NCBI GenBank assembly: GCA_016193065.1
Contig: JACPSX010000090.1
Coordinates: 1 to 38,193 of the forward strand
Origin: Candidatus Tectimicrobiota bacterium
GTDB taxonomy: Bacteria; JACPSX01
Reading direction: 5' to 3'
Length of the DNA: 38,193 nt
The stretch's first letter is position 1. Each line of letters starts with the position of its first letter. The notes below the pieces were generated by a model. The model did not search any database. It was not told where the DNA came from and saw nothing but the letters and a program-made list of their open reading frames with translations. The translations under genes were made by a program, and so were the position numbers. Shown here one piece after another: positions 33,773-38,193 of this stretch.

Positions 33773-34681
33773 CTAGCTGCCTCGGTGGACCAGGCGGCGG
33801 AAGCGGGTCCAGACCTCCACGAGCCCGCCCGGCAGAAGCAGGACGATCAGGATGAAGAGGGTTCCAAAAATCAGCAGGTGAATTTCCACCAGACGGACCG
33901 CCAGGTATTCCTTCAAGATCGTGTAAAAGAGCGCCCCCAGAACCGGACCGTGAACCGTGCCCACTCCCCCGATGAACGACATGAGAATGGCTTCGAACGA
34001 CCACAGAGGCGAGAAGGGATACTGTGGGTAGTAGCTCGCATGGTAGTACGCAAAGACTCCTCCCGCAAACCCGGCCAGACCTGTCGAGATCACCAGGGCC
34101 AGGAGCTTATGACCGAGAACACCTACCCCGGAAGCTGCGGCAGCCGCCTCATCTTCCCGGATCGCCTGCATTCCCAGGCCGATTCGCGAGCGCGCCAGGG
34201 CCGCTGCCACTCCGACCACCAGTGCCGCGAGAGCCAGCCCGAGGTAGTAGCGCGGGAGAAGCGCGTAATTTGTCAGGGCGGTGGATGGAATGGTTGAGAT
34301 CCCCGGCAGGAGGTTGCCCACGATGATCCGCAACATTTCCGCCAGGGCCAGGGTGCCAATGGCGAAGTAGTCGCCGCGGAGCCTAAAGGCCAGACCGCCG
34401 ATCAGGAGACTGAAGGCGATGCAGACGAGGATACCGGGGATGATCGCCAGGAGGATGCCCACCCCGTTCCCCCAGAGGGTGCGCGTGACCAGTGCGCCAA
34501 GACCGAAGAAAGCGGCATGTCCAAGGGTGATCTGTCCTGTGAACCCTCCCAGTACGTTCCAGCTCTGTGCCAGGGCCACCGCCAGGAAGAGCTGAACCCC
34601 GAGGTTCAGGAGATAGTCGCTCTCTGTGAAAAGAGGGATCGCGGTGAATCCCGCACCCAGTCCCAGAAGTGCCCAGAGCAT
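33773..34681 (-). CDS. livM: Branched-chain amino acid ABC permease
   Basis: WNVLGGFTGQITLGHAAFFG, RLRGDYFAIGTLA, AIREDE.AA, IGGVGT..GP. Confidence 0.88.
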   Translation of the reverse strand: MLWALLGLGAGFTAIPLFTESDYLLNLGVQLFLAVALAQSWNVLGGFTGQITLGHAAFFGLGALVTRTLWGNGVGILLAIIPGILVCIAFSLLIGGLAFRLRGDYFAIGTLALAEMLRIIVGNLLPGISTIPSTALTNYALLPRYYLGLALAALVVGVAAALARSRIGLGMQAIREDEAAAAASGVGVLGHKLLALVISTGLAGFAGGVFAYYHASYYPQYPFSPLWSFEAILMSFIGGVGTVHGPVLGALFYTILKEYLAVRLVEIHLLIFGTLFILIVLLLPGGLVEVWTRFRRLVHRGS

Positions 34682-35550
34682 CAGCGGCTCCCGAACAGTC
34701 CCTGGGGGCGGGTGATGAGGATGATGAGGAAGAGTCCGAGCCCCACCGCCTCGCGGTAGGCTCCGCCCAGCAGCAGCCCGCTTCCTGCTTCGGCGAAGCC
34801 CAGGAGGAGGCCGCCGGCGAAGCTGCCAAAGAGCGAGCCCAGCCCAGCCAGCACGGTGACGATGAGAGCCTTCAAGGTCCACTCCAGGCCGATGGTAGGG
34901 CTAATGGAATAGGAAACGCTGACCAGGCCGCCAGCCACGCCAGCCAAAGCCGTCCCCAGGGCAAATGCCCAGAGGTAGGCCCGTCCCACCGGGATTCCCA
35001 TCAGGGAAGCGGCCTCCCAGTCCTCGGCGGTGGCCCGAATGGCTCGGCCCCAACGGGCCCGGTTCAGAAAGATCTGGAGGGCCGCCAAGACCAGAAAGGC
35101 CAACACGACACTCGCCAGGCGGACGAGAGGAATGGCCAACCCGGCGATCTTGATCGCCTCACCGCCGTAGGCGGTGGTCACGGAGCGTTCATCGGCGGTG
35201 AAAAATTGGATTGCCAGGATTTGAAAGACGAGGGTCAGACCGAAACCGATGAGGAGCGAGTTTTTGATGCGGACTTCCTCTCGCGCCCTGACCACGAAGC
35301 GGAAGAGAACACAGTAGAGGATCAGTCCCAGGAAGAAGAGAGACGGGGCGACTGCGGCGAGTGACAGGAACGGGTCCACGTGCCACAGGGAAAACAGCCA
35401 GAAGGTGACGTACCCGCCGAGCATGAGGAGGTCCCCGTGGGCGACATTCAGCACGCGGAGGACGCCGAAGGTCAGGGAGAGACCGGCGGCCGCCAGGCCG
35501 TAGAGTCCTCCCACAAGAAGACCCAGGATGAGCTGCTGAGCCAGGATCAT
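34681..35550 (-). CDS. livH: Branched-chain amino acid ABC permease
   Basis: GGLYGL.A.GLSLTFGV..VLNVAHG, GRAIRATAED..AASLMGI. Confidence 0.9.
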   Translation of the reverse strand: MILAQQLILGLLVGGLYGLAAAGLSLTFGVLRVLNVAHGDLLMLGGYVTFWLFSLWHVDPFLSLAAVAPSLFFLGLILYCVLFRFVVRAREEVRIKNSLLIGFGLTLVFQILAIQFFTADERSVTTAYGGEAIKIAGLAIPLVRLASVVLAFLVLAALQIFLNRARWGRAIRATAEDWEAASLMGIPVGRAYLWAFALGTALAGVAGGLVSVSYSISPTIGLEWTLKALIVTVLAGLGSLFGSFAGGLLLGFAEAGSGLLLGGAYREAVGLGLFLIILITRPQGLFGSR

Positions 35551-35596
35551 TCGACGCTCCTCATTTCCTTGGATTCCCCTACGCCCCCGCTTGGAT

Positions 35597-36346
35597 TCAG
35601 TTGCTTTGACCCCCGCGGGCCAAGGGACCGAGATAGGCCGTCCGGATGTGCTCGTCTTGGAGAAGAGAACGACCCTCTCCGGCGCCGACGATCTTTCCGC
35701 CCTCCAAGATGTAGGCGCGTTGGGCCAGTGTCAGGGCCGCCTGGACGTTCTGCTCCACCAGGAAGATGCTGAGACCCTCCCGATGGAACTCGCCGAGAAC
35801 GGAGAAGATCGCCTCGGCGACCCGGGGAGCCAGGCCCAGGGAAGGCTCGTCCAGGAGGAGAAGTCGCGGCGCGCTCATGAAGGCCCGGCCCAGAGCGAGC
35901 ATCTGCTGCTCGCCTCCGGACAGGGATCCGGCGAGCTGGTCCTGGCGCTCCTGGAGGCGCGGGAAGATCTCATACACTCGATCGAGCCGCCGGCTTTTTT
36001 CTGCTTGGGCCCGCGGTGTGAACGCCCCCAACTCCAGGTTTTCGCGGATCGTCATGCGGGCAAACAGGCGGCGCCCTTCCGGGACCAGAGCCAGGCCGCG
36101 CTCAACGATGCGATGCGGCGGAATCGCGCTGAGTTCTTCTCCCTCCCAGCGGATCGCCCCGGAGCGCGGATGGAGAAGACCGGCAACGGCCTTGAGAAGA
36201 GTCGATTTCCCCGCTCCGTTGGGGCCCACGAGCACCACGATTTCTCCGGAACCAACCGTGAGGCTCACCCCCTGGAGGGCCGTGAGCGCGCCGTAGGAAA
36301 CCACAAGACCCTCGATTTCAAGCACGGGTTTGCTCCAAGTCACCAT
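35597..36346 (-). CDS. livF: Branched-chain amino acid ABC ATPase
   Basis: GPNGAGKST, VPEGRRLF, LSGGEQQMLA, LDEPSLGLAP, LVEQN. Confidence 0.92.
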   Translation of the reverse strand: MVTWSKPVLEIEGLVVSYGALTALQGVSLTVGSGEIVVLVGPNGAGKSTLLKAVAGLLHPRSGAIRWEGEELSAIPPHRIVERGLALVPEGRRLFARMTIRENLELGAFTPRAQAEKSRRLDRVYEIFPRLQERQDQLAGSLSGGEQQMLALGRAFMSAPRLLLLDEPSLGLAPRVAEAIFSVLGEFHREGLSIFLVEQNVQAALTLAQRAYILEGGKIVGAGEGRSLLQDEHIRTAYLGPLARGGQSN

Positions 36347-36419
36347 CCTCCGAGTTCCCGGAGGATGCGCACCTCACGGGCTGAAGATGCGCTCCACCCG
36401 CGAGCCGAAATTCTCCACC

Positions 36420-37148
36420 TCAAGGAAACGGGATACTTCCCAGATAGATCTCCACCACCCTCGGATCCCGTGCGATGGCCGTCGGAGGCCCTTCGGCGAT
36501 CTTCTCCCCTGCGCTCAGAACCACGATGCGCTGTGAGAGTTCCAGGAGCGCCCAGACGATGTGTTCGACCAGGACGAGCGTGAGCCCTCGGGCTTGAAGC
36601 CTGCGGATCAGGCCCATGGCCTCGCTGGTCTCTTGGGGATTCAACCCGGCCATGAATTCATCCAAAAGGAGGAGATCGGGCGACGTGGCCAGGGCGCGGG
36701 CCAGATCCAAACGCTTGCGATCCATGGCGGTCAAGGTGGAGGCGGGCCGGTCGCCCAGCCCCTCCAGTCCCACGGAGGCCAGGAGCTCTTCGGACTTTTC
36801 TCGCGCTGCCGAGCCGGAAAGCGGCCGGCATCCGTAGCCGAGACCGACGAGAATATTCTGGCGAGCCGTGAGCCCGAGAAAGGGACGGACCAGTTGGAAG
36901 GTCCGAGCAATGCCCTGGCGGCAGATCCGATGCGGGGGGAGACCCGTGATCGGGGCGCCTTTAAAGCGGATTGTCCCCGAGTTGGGGACAAGGGCGCCGC
37001 TGACCAGGTTGAAAAGCGTCGTCTTCCCCGAACCGTTCGGCCCCATGACGCCGAGCACTTCTCCGGGCTCGACCTGAAGGCTGACGGACTTCACCGCCAT
37101 CACCCCGCCGAAAGTCTTCGAGACGTTCTCAAGGCTCAACAGAGCCAT
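36420..37148 (-). CDS. livG: Branched-chain amino acid ABC ATPase
   Basis: KTFGG..AV, GPNGSGKTT, GIARTFQ, LLDE..AGLN, LVEH, DPRV.E.YLG. Confidence 0.92.
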   Translation of the reverse strand: MALLSLENVSKTFGGVMAVKSVSLQVEPGEVLGVMGPNGSGKTTLFNLVSGALVPNSGTIRFKGAPITGLPPHRICRQGIARTFQLVRPFLGLTARQNILVGLGYGCRPLSGSAAREKSEELLASVGLEGLGDRPASTLTAMDRKRLDLARALATSPDLLLLDEFMAGLNPQETSEAMGLIRRLQARGLTLVLVEHIVWALLELSQRIVVLSAGEKIAEGPPTAIARDPRVVEIYLGSIPFP

Positions 37149-37161
37149 GAACTCAGGTCGT

Positions 37162-38193
37162 TCAGCGCCGATCAAACGGAGGAGCGGGATATACGAAGGG
37201 AGCGGTGGCGAATTCCTTCGGCCACACCAATTCCTGCTTCCCTTTCTGCCATTGGGGGATAAAGACCCTGACTTCGCCCTTCCCGTCGGGCTTGAAGCGC
37301 ACCGGTCCCACCACGGTCGTCATGTTCGTGGCCGCGATGGCGTCGCGGATCTTCCCGCGATCCAGGGATCCGGCCCGGGCGATGGCGTCCGCCGCGATCT
37401 GCACGCAGGCGTAGGAGGGGCCAACCAGTACATCGGCGGGACGATTCACCCGTTTCCGATGGGACTCGTTCAGCTCGGCCACCTTGGGATAGCGAACTGA
37501 ATTGTGCCACCCGGGCATCAAGAGAACGTAGTCGCCGTTCTTCCCCAGGTTCTGGCCCCAGACCGGTCCGTCGGGTGCTCGAACAAAGAGATAGGCCTTG
37601 GGATTGTAATCGAGCTCCTTCATCTGTTTAAAAATCGTCATCCCGTCCGGGGGGGTGGGAACAGCAAAGACGGCCTCGGCGCCGGCCGACTTGGCCTTCA
37701 GGATCACGTCGGAGAAGTCCTTGGATCCGGGCGCGTATTCCGCTTTCACCACCACCTGATACCCGCTCTTTTTCCCTTCGCATTCCCAGTCGTCGCCGAT
37801 CTCCTTTCCCCAGTCCGTCTTTTCACCATATCGGATGACTTCGGGAAGGGGGAGAAGACGTAGCGGAACCCCTGCTCCAACACTGATTCCAGTGCGAAGG
37901 CGATCCCGAGATACGGGATCTTGTTCTTTTCCGCGATGGAAACCGCGGCGGCGTGGAGATCCGATCCGGCGCCGCCGAGATACACCACGACTCCTTGAGC
38001 CGCCAGCGACTCCAGACGGCTCACGGTCTTGGTGGCGTCCGACTCGTCGTCGAGCATGGCAAGCTCGATCTTCATCTTCTTGCCCCCGACGGTCACCCCG
38101 CCGGCGGCGTTGATGTGCTCCACGGCGATCTCGTAGCCGTTTTTGACCTGAGCGCCCAGGGACGCGTAGCGCCCGGTCAGAGGAACGACGGCA
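37162..38193 (-). pseudogene. livK: LivK-type substrate-binding protein, frameshifted by an internal deletion; 5' end outside the window
   Basis: AVVPLTGRYA...LDDESD...FSPFPKSSDMVK continues in another frame as EKTDWGKE...YAPGSKDFS...QWQKGK..LVWP; junction near 37820-37825. Confidence 0.8.

Noticed and set aside
14072-37500. Long antisense or overlapping ORFs (e.g. 14172-15230, 15794-17092, 30925-32697, 35591-36583)
   Set aside because: Shadow frames of well-supported genes in high-GC DNA, with no recognisable motifs.

Overview
High-GC bacterial window with two metabolic/transport blocks separated by two decayed accessory islands. Block 1 (4.4-13.1 kb) encodes a class II aldolase, three luciferase-like (LLM) oxidoreductases, an ABC solute-binding protein, an SDR, a VapBC pair, an Asp/Glu-racemase-family protein and a cupin. 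Block 2 (24.7-38.2 kb) encodes an HpnD-like synthase, EamA, a nitroreductase, a NitT/TauT ABC ATPase with two binding proteins, hydantoinase A, MaoC and a liv operon with a broken livK. The islands (0.4-4.4 kb and 13.1-24.7 kb) contain integron debris (several attC sites, a duplicated Pc/attI-like segment, an intI 3' stump), many toxin-antitoxin modules whose toxins are mostly broken, an intact SNF2 helicase/SWIM pair and a truncated TM0106-family nuclease. The most striking structure is that both islands are layered: cargo blocks are separated by displaced, diverged copies of the 3' ends of the flanking core genes. The cupin tail occurs three times with the same 5' breakpoint and mostly synonymous differences, suggesting repeated tail-replacement integration with no intact integrase in view. 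Tiny 24-28 bp CCTG-initiated palindromic elements nested inside one another are also present. No rRNA, tRNA or CRISPR array was seen. All family calls come from reading motifs by eye, not from database searches.
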